Positions 50,558 to 60,727 of a stretch of DNA of 64,000 bases are shown one piece after another. This DNA is from an uncultured Parachlamydiaceae bacterium (lineage in GTDB: Bacteria; Chlamydiota; Chlamydiia; Chlamydiales; Parachlamydiaceae): contig CAVULX010000002.1 of the NCBI GenBank assembly GCA_963742415.1, forward strand, positions 64,001 to 128,000, written 5' to 3'. The notes below the pieces were generated by a model, which was given only the letters and a program-made list of their open reading frames with translations, searched no databases and was not told the origin of the DNA. Each line of letters opens with the position of its first letter. Position 1 is the first letter of the stretch. Both the position numbers and the translations under genes were made by a program.

Positions 50558-51716
50558 AGTACGCTTAGATTTTACCTGCAAGCAAGAAAAATATTTTCGC
50601 AAAGCCTGTGGAATAGCCCGCTTTGCATGGAATTGGGCCCTGGCAAAATGGGAAGAAATATATAAAGCTGGTGGCAAACCAAATGCCTTAGAGCTTAAGA
50701 AAGAATTTAATCGATTAAAAGACAAAGAATATCCTTGGGTATACGAAGTTACCAAATATGCTTGTCAACAGCCTTTTATTTACCTTCAAAGAGCTTTTCA
50801 ATCGTTTTTTGAGAAAAAGACAAACTATCCGAGATATAAAAAAAAGGGAATTCACGACAGCTTTTACATAGGAGGAGATCAACTTAAAATTATAGGAAAG
50901 CGGGTGAAGATTCCAAACCTAGGTTGGGTTCGGCTGAGGGAATCTTTGCGATTTGTAGGCAAAATCAATGGTGCAACAATTTCAAGAGTAGCAGATTATT
51001 GGTTTATCAGTGTTAGTGTAGAGACAGATCAACGGCCTTCGCCATGCAAAAGCCAAGCAAGCGTGGGAGTAGATTTAGGTATTAAAAATTTGGCCACACT
51101 TTCAGATGGAAAAGTCATTCCAAATAATCAACCATTGAAACAGCAATTATATCGATTAAAACGCTACCAAAGGTGCTTAACAAAAAAACAAAAAGGCTCG
51201 CTAAATTGGCAAAAAGCAAAGAAGCGAGTGGCCAGATTGCATTACAAGATTGCATGCAATAGAAATGATGCATTGCATAAATTGACAACGATGCTGACTA
51301 ACAATTATGGGAACATTAGTATCGAGGATCTAGAAATATCAAAAATGGTAAAAAATAAAAGATTATCAAGGCATATTCTAGATGGAGGCTGGTATGAGTT
51401 TAGAAGGCAGCTTCAATACAAATCTGTGCTAAGAGGCAGTAAAGTTTTTGTTGCAGATAGATGGTATGCCTCATCAAAAAAATGTTCTTCATGTGGAAAT
51501 TATAAAGAAGATCTCCCTTTGTCAGAACGGGTGTATAACTGCATGGAATGCCAATTAGAAATCGATCGCGATTTGAATGCAGCTAAGTGTCTTGAAAAAC
51601 TCATTAGTACGGCAAGCTTTGCCGGAATTAAAGCCTGCGGACAAGACGGCTCTGTAATAATGCTCAAAACATCATTACAACCAGCTTGGATGAACCAGGA
51701 ACTAAGCCCTGTATAG
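50538..51716 (+). CDS. tnpB: RNA-guided endonuclease TnpB
   Basis: RuvC D-E-D and Zn finger intact. Confidence 0.93.
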   Translation: MATLTHKVRLDFTCKQEKYFRKACGIARFAWNWALAKWEEIYKAGGKPNALELKKEFNRLKDKEYPWVYEVTKYACQQPFIYLQRAFQSFFEKKTNYPRYKKKGIHDSFYIGGDQLKIIGKRVKIPNLGWVRLRESLRFVGKINGATISRVADYWFISVSVETDQRPSPCKSQASVGVDLGIKNLATLSDGKVIPNNQPLKQQLYRLKRYQRCLTKKQKGSLNWQKAKKRVARLHYKIACNRNDALHKLTTMLTNNYGNISIEDLEISKMVKNKRLSRHILDGGWYEFRRQLQYKSVLRGSKVFVADRWYASSKKCSSCGNYKEDLPLSERVYNCMECQLEIDRDLNAAKCLEKLISTASFAGIKACGQDGSVIMLKTSLQPAWMNQELSPV

Positions 51717-52049
51717 AAGTGTACAGATTTTAGGAAGCGGTGTGAACGTATTCAAATAGCAAAAACTGATTTAGGGTATATTCCATGTGCGGTATCTTCA
51801 TCAAAAGATTGGATAGAGAAGATCTTATCTATTTTTCGATATAAAACGAGAGACCGCCGTTTAAAAGAAGTAGCCAATTTTTCTTTGAATTGGCTGAGAG
51901 CTCATGCTTTACAATATAACAAAGAATTACAATATAACAAAGAATTCCATAGTCAAATTACTGAGATTAAAAATTTGCGACCATTAATGACAAAAGCGAA
52001 TCTTGGTGACGATTTTGATGCTCTTATCTCTTCAAATGTTGATGATATA

Positions 52050-52387
52050 TTAACTGACAGCAATACAACCTTTACGTCTGAATATTCCAATTCGAGAACG
52101 AGGTTTTTTTACCCGAATTTCTACTTCACATCCTAAAATGGCAAGATAGTGCAATAAGATATCAGTGCTAAAAACGGACAGCCGACCGGAAACCAATAAG
52201 GAAACCTTGGTTGGGTAATTCCTAGTTTTTTAGCTACCTCTTGTTGAGATAAATTACTTGCTTTGATTAAACTTCCAACTTCATGTAAAAGTTTTGCTTT
52301 CGCGAGCAATTCATCCGGCTCGTTTAATCCAAGATCAGCAAAAATATTGCTTGTTGTAACTTCATAGTCTTTGCTTTGTTTACTCAT
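52050..52387 (-). pseudogene. XRE HTH antitoxin with one frameshift
   Basis: SNIFADLGL...LSQQEVAKKLGITQP, continuing in another frame as VSLLVSGRLSVFSTDILLHYLAILGCEVEIRV...IAVS*. Confidence 0.7.
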
Positions 52388-52470
52388 TGGATTTTCCTCC
52401 ACTACGCTTCCAATTTTTATATAATCCCTCAGCTAATTTAAGCCGCGAACGAATGAGATCCATTTCTTTT
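52380..52470 (-). pseudogene. C-terminal remnant of a Gp49/HigB-like toxin
   Basis: Translates KEMDLIRSRLKLAEGLYKNWKRSGGKSNE* and overlaps the antitoxin start; the 5' part is missing. Confidence 0.5.
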
Positions 52471-52511
52471 TTGTTTTACCGGGAGACGAAACGCAAATTC
52501 AAGAACTCTAT

Positions 52512-53468
52512 TCACGATGGCATGCGGGGCCAAAGTTTTAATCGGCCGATGAGCATTTGTTTGGCTGTTCGAATGTCTTTACTAATTTGGGTTTGGAGTT
52601 CTGGAATACTTGCAAACCGAATTTCTGGACGGATAAACTGCACGAAAACAACTTCCATAAAACTGCCATCTTTGATCTCTTCATGGGGATCCAACAGATG
52701 AATTTCAAGCAGAGGGATTTGGTCTTGCCTTACGGTAGGTGCAACCCCTAAGTTAGCAACACCACGCAAAATATTGCCATTTTGAATCACTTTGACAGCA
52801 TATACCCCCAACGGAGGCACGCACAATGTCTCCACATGGCAATTGATCGTAGGGAATCCAATTTTTTTACCCAACCCCTGCCCGCTCTTCACCGGAACAT
52901 ACAAGGAATACTCTCTTCCTAACATTTGACCCACAGCTTGTAAATTTCCTTGCTTGATCAGTTCCCGGATTTTGCTGCTCGACACCTTTTCATTTTCAAC
53001 GACAACTTTATCGAGATAGGTTAAATCGAACTTCATTGTTGCAGCTAGCTTTAACATCGAGCTTTTATCGCCCGTTCGATCCTTTCCCATGGTAGCGTCG
53101 GGACCCAAAATAAGCTGAATAAAAGGGCATTTAGACCGCACTTTTTTTAAAAACTCTTCGGCTGTCTGCAAAGAAAATTCTTTGGTGAAAGTTAATAAAA
53201 TCAGATCATCGATCCCTGCCTCTTCTATTAACTTAAGCCGATGTTCTAAAGTGCACAAAAAAGATAACTTTAGCTCTGGCTTTAAGACCTCCAGAGGATG
53301 GTTGGCAAAGGTGATGACGACAGTAGCTCCTTGCACGGGCCTCATCACTTCTTTAAGCTTGGAGAGAATTGCCTGATGGCCTCGATGAACACCATCAAAA
53401 TTGCCTATAGTAAGTGCAATGTCACTCGCTGCATTCTCATATGTATCTAAATCATAATAAATTTTCAT
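52512..53468 (-). CDS. ribF: Bifunctional riboflavin kinase/FAD synthetase
   Basis: IGNFDGVHRGHQ, VSSSKIR, GKKIGFPTIN, GVAPTV and LEIHLLD motifs. Confidence 0.93.
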   Translation of the reverse strand: MKIYYDLDTYENAASDIALTIGNFDGVHRGHQAILSKLKEVMRPVQGATVVITFANHPLEVLKPELKLSFLCTLEHRLKLIEEAGIDDLILLTFTKEFSLQTAEEFLKKVRSKCPFIQLILGPDATMGKDRTGDKSSMLKLAATMKFDLTYLDKVVVENEKVSSSKIRELIKQGNLQAVGQMLGREYSLYVPVKSGQGLGKKIGFPTINCHVETLCVPPLGVYAVKVIQNGNILRGVANLGVAPTVRQDQIPLLEIHLLDPHEEIKDGSFMEVVFVQFIRPEIRFASIPELQTQISKDIRTAKQMLIGRLKLWPRMPS

Positions 53469-54183
53469 GGGCTTGCAAATAAGGGTAAAGGGCTTCTATA
53501 CAAGCATTACGGTCAAATTCTAAAGATTCCAGAGACTTGCCATCAATACAATTTTCCAACCGAAACAACCCGCTGCGCAACCTTTTCAAAGCCGAAAGAT
53601 GCGCTCCGCAAGTTAACACCTCTCCGAGATCATAAGCTAAACTGCGGATATACGTGCCTTTGCTGCACGTGACTTTCAAATATAAGTCTGGATACTCGTA
53701 GCTGATGACTTGAATTTGAAGGGAAACTTTAACAGGTTTTCTTTCGACCGTTTGCCCCTTTCTGGCCAATTCATAAAGCTTCTTGCCATTTATTTTTTTG
53801 GCCGAAAACATCGGAGGGACTTGCTCGATTTCCCCTTGAAATTGTTTTACAGCCTCCTCAATATTTTCTCTGGTAGGGATAAAATCATTAGAACGCACCG
53901 TTTTCCCATCACAATCATAGGTGTCTGTAACGATTCCGAGACGAATATTGGCTGCATATTCTTTGTCCTGGCAAAGAAAACGATCTGAAAGGCGAGTATA
54001 CCTCTTGCCGATCAAAAGGACCATGACTCCGGTCGCGAAAGGATCGAGTGTGCCGGCATGCCCAATTGTCCTTATATTTATTCTTTTGCGTAGAGCTGCA
54101 ATAAGGCTAAAAGCTGTTTTGCCTGAGGGCTTATCGACAAGAAGGATTCCTTCCACTTCTTGCCCATTGCTATATGTCCCCAT
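53452..54183 (-). CDS. truB: tRNA pseudouridine(55) synthase
   Basis: LLVDKPSG, GHAGTLDPFATGV, QVPPMFSAKK and CSKGTYIRSL motifs. Confidence 0.95.
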   Translation of the reverse strand: MGTYSNGQEVEGILLVDKPSGKTAFSLIAALRKRINIRTIGHAGTLDPFATGVMVLLIGKRYTRLSDRFLCQDKEYAANIRLGIVTDTYDCDGKTVRSNDFIPTRENIEEAVKQFQGEIEQVPPMFSAKKINGKKLYELARKGQTVERKPVKVSLQIQVISYEYPDLYLKVTCSKGTYIRSLAYDLGEVLTCGAHLSALKRLRSGLFRLENCIDGKSLESLEFDRNACIEALYPYLQAHENLL

Positions 54184-54568
54184 CTGTTTCCTGCACACTG
54201 CTTTCGCGCGAATTACGTTCGGCTGAGATATCCCCTAACAACTTCTGAATACGCATATGTTTTTCGACACTATCATCCAGCTTAAAGGTCAATTCGGGAA
54301 AATAGCGGAGCACAACTTTTTTTGAAGAATGGATAGCAATAAATCCGGCTGCCGTTTGCAAAGCCGCAATCGTTTCCTGCTTGTCTTCATCGGTGCCAAT
54401 AACACTAATGTAAACTTTAGCATGATGGAGATCCTTGGTAATGTCTACCCTTGTGACAGTCACTAATTGATTCACATGGGGGTTTCTGACATCCTTACGG
54501 ATGACTTCTGAGATAACCTCTTTCAGCAAAGAGTTTAATCGATCTGTACGCTGCCGTTGTCCTGCCAT
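54170..54568 (-). CDS. rbfA: Ribosome-binding factor A
   Basis: VTVTRVDITKDLHHAKVYIS and LRYFPELTFKLD; located after infB. Confidence 0.93.
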   Translation of the reverse strand: MAGQRQRTDRLNSLLKEVISEVIRKDVRNPHVNQLVTVTRVDITKDLHHAKVYISVIGTDEDKQETIAALQTAAGFIAIHSSKKVVLRYFPELTFKLDDSVEKHMRIQKLLGDISAERNSRESSVQETDGDI

Positions 54569-54574
54569 AAAATC

Positions 54575-57388
54575 TTATAATTCTTGAGTAATATAGGTAA
54601 CTTCATAAGCTTCTAAAATATCCCCTTCCTGCAAGGCATTAAAGCCAGACAGAAGGATTCCACATTCAAGCCCCTTTTGCACTTCCCGAACGTCCTCTTT
54701 GACCCGTTTAAGGGAAGCGATCGATCCCTTCCAGAAAACTTCACCATTCCGTTTAGCCCGAATTTGATAATTGCGATTAATGAGCCCTTCAGTCACTAGG
54801 CATCCAGCAATTGTCCCCACCTGAGAAGATTTAAACAACGCTTTAACTTCAGCTTTTCCTTTCTCTGTTTCAATCGCAATCTTGTCAAGCAATGCAACCA
54901 TGATACTTTTGACATCATCAATTGCATGGTAAATAATGTCATGGAGTCGAACTTGCACTCCATATTGTTTGACAAGCATGTCTGTATGGCTTTCAATCGC
55001 TGTATGAAAACCGAGGATGACGGCTTTGGAAGCTGCAGCTAGCTGGACATCAGATTCTGTGACTTCACCCACGCCTGCAAAAATGATGCTCAATTCCGCT
55101 TTGTCAGATTGAATCTTTTCAAGAGCTGTCTTGAGGGCTTCCAGAGATCCTTGAACGTCTGCTCGAAGGACAAGGTTTAAAACTTTCTTAACTGCCGCAG
55201 AAGTTTGCTGCAAAAGGCCTTCCGCTGAAATTTTCTTTTTCTGCTGTAAAGCAAACTGGCGCAAATCTTGCTTCCGCCCTTCCGCTATCTCACGGGCTTC
55301 TCTTTCCGATTTAACAACAATGAACTCCTGTCCCGCATCGGGTAAACCTGAAAGGCCCGTAATCTCTACAGGGGTTGAAGGACCGGCTTCAGTTAATTCG
55401 ATGCCAAACTCATCTCTCATCGTTTTCACACGGCACCACATATTGCCGAAAACAAGGGCATCTCCCATCTTTAACGTTCCGTTTTGCACTAACACTGTAG
55501 CAACAGCCCCCATCCCTTTGTGCATTTCAGATTCTAAAACAGTTCCGCGGGCACGCGCACTTCTGCTAGCTTTCAATTCAAGAACTTCCGCTTGCAAGGC
55601 TAACATTTCCAGAAGCTGTGAAATCCCTTCTCCTGTCACAGCAGAACAGTTCACGCAAATGGTTTGACCTCCCCACGATTCCGGTAGCAATTCATGCTCA
55701 GCCAGCTGCCTGTATACATTTTCAGCATTGAAATTGGGCTTGTCACACTTGTTCAAGGCAACAACAATGGTGACATTTGCCGATTTGGCATGTTGAATGG
55801 CTTCTTCAGTTTGCTGCCGAATCCCTTCGTCACCGGCAATGACCAAAACAACAATATCGGTAACATCAGCGCCCCGTGCGCGCATGGCAGAAAAAGCTTC
55901 GTGACCAGGTGTATCCAAAATGGCGATGTCGCCGACGGGAGTGTGGCAGCAAAAGGCGCCGATATGTTGTGTGATAGCTCCCGCTTCTCCGGCAGCTCGA
56001 TTGCTTTTGCGGATGGCATCAATCAAACTCGTTTTACCATGATCCACATGCCCCATAAATGTGACCACAGGGGGGCGGATAGTAAGCAAAGAGAGGTCTG
56101 TTGCCTGGATTTCCTCTTTAATGCTTTTATCGGTAATCCGCAGCCGTTCTTCTTCCGATGTATCGACCGCGATTTCACATCCAAACTCCTGACCTAATAA
56201 CTGCACCACCGTTTCATCTTCCAACAAATCGTTGAGGGTCACTACCATCCCTTGCAAAAATAATTTCTGGATAAGTTGGGAAGATTTTAATTTCATTTCA
56301 ACAGCCAAGTCTTTGATCATGATGGGGAGACGCACTTTAAGGGCGTTCGGGCGGATTGTGGTATCTTCTTGAACATACCTCACTTTACTTTTCTTTTTAC
56401 GCCAAACGCGGACTTCCTCCTCCCCTTGCCGTAAACCATGCCGATCTCGAGCATCAAAACTTTTCTGCAACTCTTGCCTCTTCGCAGGCTTAATATCTCG
56501 AAATTCTTTAAATTTAGAGGTTTTAGCGGCTTTTTTAGCTTCTGCTTCTTCCCCAGTAAGCGCCTCATGTACCCCCTCCTCTTTCCCACGACCACGCTGC
56601 TTGACTTTTCCTTTTTCTTTGGAGGTTTCAACAGTAGTCTGCGCATTGGCAACTTTGGGCGGGGCTTCCGCCGTTTTTTGCTTTTCAGGCATTTTCTCTT
56701 GAACAGGTTCTCGCGCAACTATCGGTGCTGGTTTTGGTTTTGAGGGCAAGAGATCATTAATATGCTTCCCTGTAGGGCCTAATTTGATTGTTTCTTTGCC
56801 TAGTTCCCTAGTGGGTGAAGCGGCTGCCTCGCTTGCAGTCGAAAAGGCTCCCCCCTTGCCATCTGTCTGAAGCTCCAAAGGGCTTTTTTCATGCTGCCCG
56901 GTCTCTTTTTCTGGATGCGGGGCGCCTTCACTTTCGGAAAAAAGTTTAGCCTTTCGTTTTATTTCTGCAGCCTTAATCGCTTCGGCTTGTTCAACGATCT
57001 CTTCGGCAAAAATCTCTTGGCGCAATTCTTCACTGGTCTTTTGACGGAAAATCCCCTCTTCTCCGCGGATGGCTTCCTCGGCCTTAAATAAATGTGGAGC
57101 TTCTTGTTCTGGAAGGTGAAGAGCCTTATGTTTGGCTTCAGGAATACCCCCTTCTGCAAAAGCCGATTTTGAACGGGCCCGTATTCTAGGGGCTTCTTCA
57201 GAAGCTGGGGGCTGAACAGCACTAAGGGGTGGAGTGCGCTTTCCTTCTTTGCTTGGTGGAGCTTCCTCTTCCGTTTTACCCTTCTCGGCATCTTCTTTAT
57301 TTTTGGCAAGTTTGCCCTTTATTTTACCGAGATTGATCGCTTCAGCAATTTGAGTGTTTTTAATGTTAATTTTAAGATTTTTAGCCAA
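54575..57388 (-). CDS. infB: Translation initiation factor IF-2
   Basis: [38 protein letters not shown] and [10 protein letters not shown] motifs. Confidence 0.96.
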   Translation of the reverse strand: MAKNLKINIKNTQIAEAINLGKIKGKLAKNKEDAEKGKTEEEAPPSKEGKRTPPLSAVQPPASEEAPRIRARSKSAFAEGGIPEAKHKALHLPEQEAPHLFKAEEAIRGEEGIFRQKTSEELRQEIFAEEIVEQAEAIKAAEIKRKAKLFSESEGAPHPEKETGQHEKSPLELQTDGKGGAFSTASEAAASPTRELGKETIKLGPTGKHINDLLPSKPKPAPIVAREPVQEKMPEKQKTAEAPPKVANAQTTVETSKEKGKVKQRGRGKEEGVHEALTGEEAEAKKAAKTSKFKEFRDIKPAKRQELQKSFDARDRHGLRQGEEEVRVWRKKKSKVRYVQEDTTIRPNALKVRLPIMIKDLAVEMKLKSSQLIQKLFLQGMVVTLNDLLEDETVVQLLGQEFGCEIAVDTSEEERLRITDKSIKEEIQATDLSLLTIRPPVVTFMGHVDHGKTSLIDAIRKSNRAAGEAGAITQHIGAFCCHTPVGDIAILDTPGHEAFSAMRARGADVTDIVVLVIAGDEGIRQQTEEAIQHAKSANVTIVVALNKCDKPNFNAENVYRQLAEHELLPESWGGQTICVNCSAVTGEGISQLLEMLALQAEVLELKASRSARARGTVLESEMHKGMGAVATVLVQNGTLKMGDALVFGNMWCRVKTMRDEFGIELTEAGPSTPVEITGLSGLPDAGQEFIVVKSEREAREIAEGRKQDLRQFALQQKKKISAEGLLQQTSAAVKKVLNLVLRADVQGSLEALKTALEKIQSDKAELSIIFAGVGEVTESDVQLAAASKAVILGFHTAIESHTDMLVKQYGVQVRLHDIIYHAIDDVKSIMVALLDKIAIETEKGKAEVKALFKSSQVGTIAGCLVTEGLINRNYQIRAKRNGEVFWKGSIASLKRVKEDVREVQKGLECGILLSGFNALQEGDILEAYEVTYITQEL

Positions 57389-57392
57389 AGCG

Positions 57393-58664
57393 TTACATCC
57401 TTTGTTTTCTAATTTGTTCTATAATTTTTTCAGCCTTTTCCAAGCTAATTCCAGGAATTTCAGCGAGTTGCTCGGGTGTTGTCGTTAATAGGCTGCGCGG
57501 GGTGTTGAGATTTTTTTCCACCAGCAGCTCAAATATTAAGTTGTTAACTCCTTCAATCCCTTCCAATGGCTGATCTAAAGTGAGATCCTCCATCGCTGCC
57601 AACTCGCTGCGCTGCAAAGCCATCGTGCGATTGTAATCTGTCATCTTTTGAACTTCTAGCTCATAACCAATCAGCTGACTATTCAGCCGAGCATTCATCC
57701 CTTTCTTGCCTATCACGGCTGCAAAATCATCATCATCTACAACGATCGAAATTGTGCCATCCTCTTCGTTGCTAATTTTGCGAATTTCAATGGGAGAAAG
57801 AGCATTTTGAAGCAGTTCGACAGGGTCTGCCGAAAAAGGAATGATATCGATTTTTTCATTATGAAGTTCTCTGACAACGTTTTTAACCCTGTTACCTCGC
57901 ATCCCTACGCAGGCTCCAACAGGATCCACTTTTGGATCCGTTGAGCGCACTGTCAGTTTGGTACGGTAGCCAGCTTCCCTGACGATTTTGTCGATGATCA
58001 CAATCCCATCGTTAATTTCAGGAACTTCTTGGATCATCAGCTGCTTGACAAATTCTGGATGGCTTCGAGATAAGACCACTTCAGCGCCGCCATTTTCGGT
58101 ATCATTGACTTCATACAGGAGGGCTAAAACTTTTTCACCGACATGATATTTTTCTGTTTTAGGATAGTATTTCATCGGCAGAATCGCTTCGACCTTGCCC
58201 AAGTCAACGATCAGATTAGCCCCACGGACAAAACGTTTGACTGTTCCGGAAATGAGTTCATTAATCCGATGGCGGTATTCTTCATAAATAACATCCCGTT
58301 CAGCACCCCGTAGTTTTTGTGTGATAATTTGACGCGCTTTTTGTGCAGCAATACGTCCAAAATCTTTCGGTGTTACGATGACATCAATGAATTGCCCAAG
58401 TTGAGCTTCGGGATCGATCTCCCGTGCCTCTTCCAGCAAGATTTCTTGAGCAGCCACTTCTACATCTTCGACAATTTCTTTTTCGCAGAAAACATCGATA
58501 TTTCCTGTTTTAGGATTAATGGTCACAGTGACATTCGACGCACCGGTAATGCTTTTCCGGGCGGCTGCACGAAGCGATTCTTCGATCGCGCTGATCACTA
58601 CTTCCCGTTTAATCCCTTTTTCACGCTCTAAGTATTCAAAGACGGCTATGAGATCTTTATTCAT
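57393..58664 (-). CDS. nusA: Transcription factor NusA
   Basis: [30 protein letters not shown] and [10 protein letters not shown] motifs. Confidence 0.96.
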   Translation of the reverse strand: MNKDLIAVFEYLEREKGIKREVVISAIEESLRAAARKSITGASNVTVTINPKTGNIDVFCEKEIVEDVEVAAQEILLEEAREIDPEAQLGQFIDVIVTPKDFGRIAAQKARQIITQKLRGAERDVIYEEYRHRINELISGTVKRFVRGANLIVDLGKVEAILPMKYYPKTEKYHVGEKVLALLYEVNDTENGGAEVVLSRSHPEFVKQLMIQEVPEINDGIVIIDKIVREAGYRTKLTVRSTDPKVDPVGACVGMRGNRVKNVVRELHNEKIDIIPFSADPVELLQNALSPIEIRKISNEEDGTISIVVDDDDFAAVIGKKGMNARLNSQLIGYELEVQKMTDYNRTMALQRSELAAMEDLTLDQPLEGIEGVNNLIFELLVEKNLNTPRSLLTTTPEQLAEIPGISLEKAEKIIEQIRKQRM

Positions 58665-58730
58665 TTAATATGCCTCAATAAAACTTGTACAAAATTACAT
58701 TTGTGCCTTGCGGGCAATGATGATGCAAGA

Positions 58731-60503
58731 TTATAAGATATCGTCTTCTTCCTCTTCCCGCTTTTTATCTTTCCCTTTTTCCTTGTCTTTTCCTTCATCC
58801 TTTTTCTTTCGCTTTTGCGCTGTGACAACGATATCATCACGGTTTACTTGATTTTGATCAATTAGGTATTCCTTAATCGAAAGAGCAATTTTCTTATGCT
58901 CAGGATCGAGCTTAATCACTTTTGCTGTGACTTCGTCCCCTTTGGAAACAACATCTTCAACTTTACCAAAGGCTTGATCGGACAGTTCGGTCACATGGAT
59001 CAATCCTTCAATGCCGCTTTCCAATTCAACAAAAGCCCCAAAAGCGGTGATTTTAGTCACTTTACCTTTGACGAGGGATCCGACCGGCATGGTCTTTTCA
59101 ATTGTTTCCCATGGATTTTGGCTCAATTGCTTCACTCCAAGAGTGATTTTTTTGCTCTCTTTGTCTACAGAGAGGATCACGGCATCGACGATATCCCCTT
59201 TGCGCAAGACTTCTGAAGGATGGGAGACTTTCTTGATCCAGCTCAGATCGGAGATATGGATCAGCCCTTCAACACCAGGTTCAAGTTCAACAAAAGCGCC
59301 ATAGTTGGTCAAGCTTTTGATTTCTGCTTTTACACTGCTGCCCACCGGATATTTTTCTTCTACATCATCCCAAGGATTATGTTCAGCTTGCTTTAAGCCT
59401 AAAGAGATTTTTCCTTCTTCTTTTTGGACAGAAAGAACAATGGCTTCAACTTCATCGCCTTTTTTGACAACTTCGCTTGGATCTGTGACGTTTTTCACCC
59501 AAGACATTTCTGAAACGTGGATCAACCCTTCGATGCCGGGTTCAATTTCAATGAAGGCGCCATAAGGCAGCAGATTGACAATTTTGCCTTTGACACGTGT
59601 TCCAGGAGGATATTTTTGTTCGATTTGATCCCATGGATTGGTTTCTTTTTGCTTCAGGCCTAGAGCCACACGTCCTTTTTCTTTGTCGATGCTGAGGATC
59701 ATCACTTCGAGTTTTTGACCCAGGCTGACCATTTCGGAAGGATGCTTGATCCGCTTCCATGTCATGTCGGTGATATGGAGCAGGCCATCGATGCCATCTA
59801 AGTCGAGGAAGACGCCGAAGTCTGTGATGTTTTTGACAACACCTTCGCGAACATCTCCTACTTTGATATTTTCCAGCACTTCGGCTTTCTTGGAGATTCG
59901 TTCAGCTTCTAGAAGTTCGCGGCGTGAAACGACGACATTTTTTCGGTCGATATTGATTTTAAGAATCTTAAATTCATAGGTCTTATCAATGTAGTCATCG
60001 AGATTTTTGATTCGCTTATTGTCGATCTGAGAACCAGGCAGGAAGGCTTCCATCCCGATATCGACCATCAAGCCGCCTTTGACTTTGCGCATGACGCGCC
60101 CTTTGACAATCGAGCCTTCTTCGCAATGCTCGAGGATATATTCCCATTGGCGCAGTCGTTCCGCTTTTTCGCGGGAGAGGACGATTTGACCATTATCATC
60201 TTCGGGTTGATCAAGGAGGACTTCGACTTCTCCATCTAGAACAACGTAAGAAGGATCGGAAAATTCTGCGATCGGCACGAGACCTTCTGATTTAAGGCCC
60301 ACATCGACGACGACGTGATCTTTTGTGATTTCTACAATTCTTCCTTTCAGAATCGTTCCGGGAATCGGTGCGGGAATCTCGGCTGTTAATGTTTTTTCTT
60401 CTTTATTCAAAAGACTTTTAAATAGTTCGGCATCTTGCTCTTGAAATGCAACATCATCGACGATATTCTCTTCATTCCAAGAATGTTGTGGGTTATTAGA
60501 CAT
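58731..60503 (-). CDS. rpsA: 30S ribosomal protein S1
   Basis: Six S1 domains ([37 protein letters not shown] and others). Confidence 0.96.
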   Translation of the reverse strand: MSNNPQHSWNEENIVDDVAFQEQDAELFKSLLNKEEKTLTAEIPAPIPGTILKGRIVEITKDHVVVDVGLKSEGLVPIAEFSDPSYVVLDGEVEVLLDQPEDDNGQIVLSREKAERLRQWEYILEHCEEGSIVKGRVMRKVKGGLMVDIGMEAFLPGSQIDNKRIKNLDDYIDKTYEFKILKINIDRKNVVVSRRELLEAERISKKAEVLENIKVGDVREGVVKNITDFGVFLDLDGIDGLLHITDMTWKRIKHPSEMVSLGQKLEVMILSIDKEKGRVALGLKQKETNPWDQIEQKYPPGTRVKGKIVNLLPYGAFIEIEPGIEGLIHVSEMSWVKNVTDPSEVVKKGDEVEAIVLSVQKEEGKISLGLKQAEHNPWDDVEEKYPVGSSVKAEIKSLTNYGAFVELEPGVEGLIHISDLSWIKKVSHPSEVLRKGDIVDAVILSVDKESKKITLGVKQLSQNPWETIEKTMPVGSLVKGKVTKITAFGAFVELESGIEGLIHVTELSDQAFGKVEDVVSKGDEVTAKVIKLDPEHKKIALSIKEYLIDQNQVNRDDIVVTAQKRKKKDEGKDKEKGKDKKREEEEDDIL

Positions 60504-60727
60504 TTAAAGGTTTCTCCTTATTTTCTTGCTAAAGCAGCAAGCATAACAGAGAAAAAGAAAACTGAAAAGAAAAAAGATCTTGCTAAAAAGGAGCAAAAAA
60601 AGGAATTTCCTATTAGAGGCAATCAATTTCTAAAAAGCATCTCCAAATCCAATTTTTGACAAGCATTTGTTGCTAAATCGAATAGATTGCTGAGGTATCA
60701 AGAAAAATAGATTTAATAAAGGGGGAT

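Larger units (their letters stand above)
49886..51740 (+). mobile_element. IS607-family insertion sequence, copy 2
   Basis: Same length and organisation as copy 1, GG at both ends, scattered substitutions. Confidence 0.9.
49807..52136 (+). pseudogene. Hypothetical gene interrupted by IS607 copy 2
   Basis: 27 codons from ATG 49807 to 49887 join in frame with the open frame 51741-52136 once the IS is removed. Confidence 0.65.

Noticed and set aside
41277-51740. Composite transposon formed by the two IS607 copies carrying ugd-ispA-peptidase
   Set aside because: The copies are diverged, copy 2 has its own reconstructable empty site, and the enclosed genes look like core genes. Independent insertions explain the layout.
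51909-51946. 18-bp tandem duplication (LQYNKE x2)
   Set aside because: Simple in-frame slippage within a disrupted ORF, with only two units.
60520-60680. Three TTGCTAAA motifs and a short hairpin upstream of rpsA
   Set aside because: Irregular spacing in AT-rich DNA; a regulatory role cannot be supported from sequence alone.
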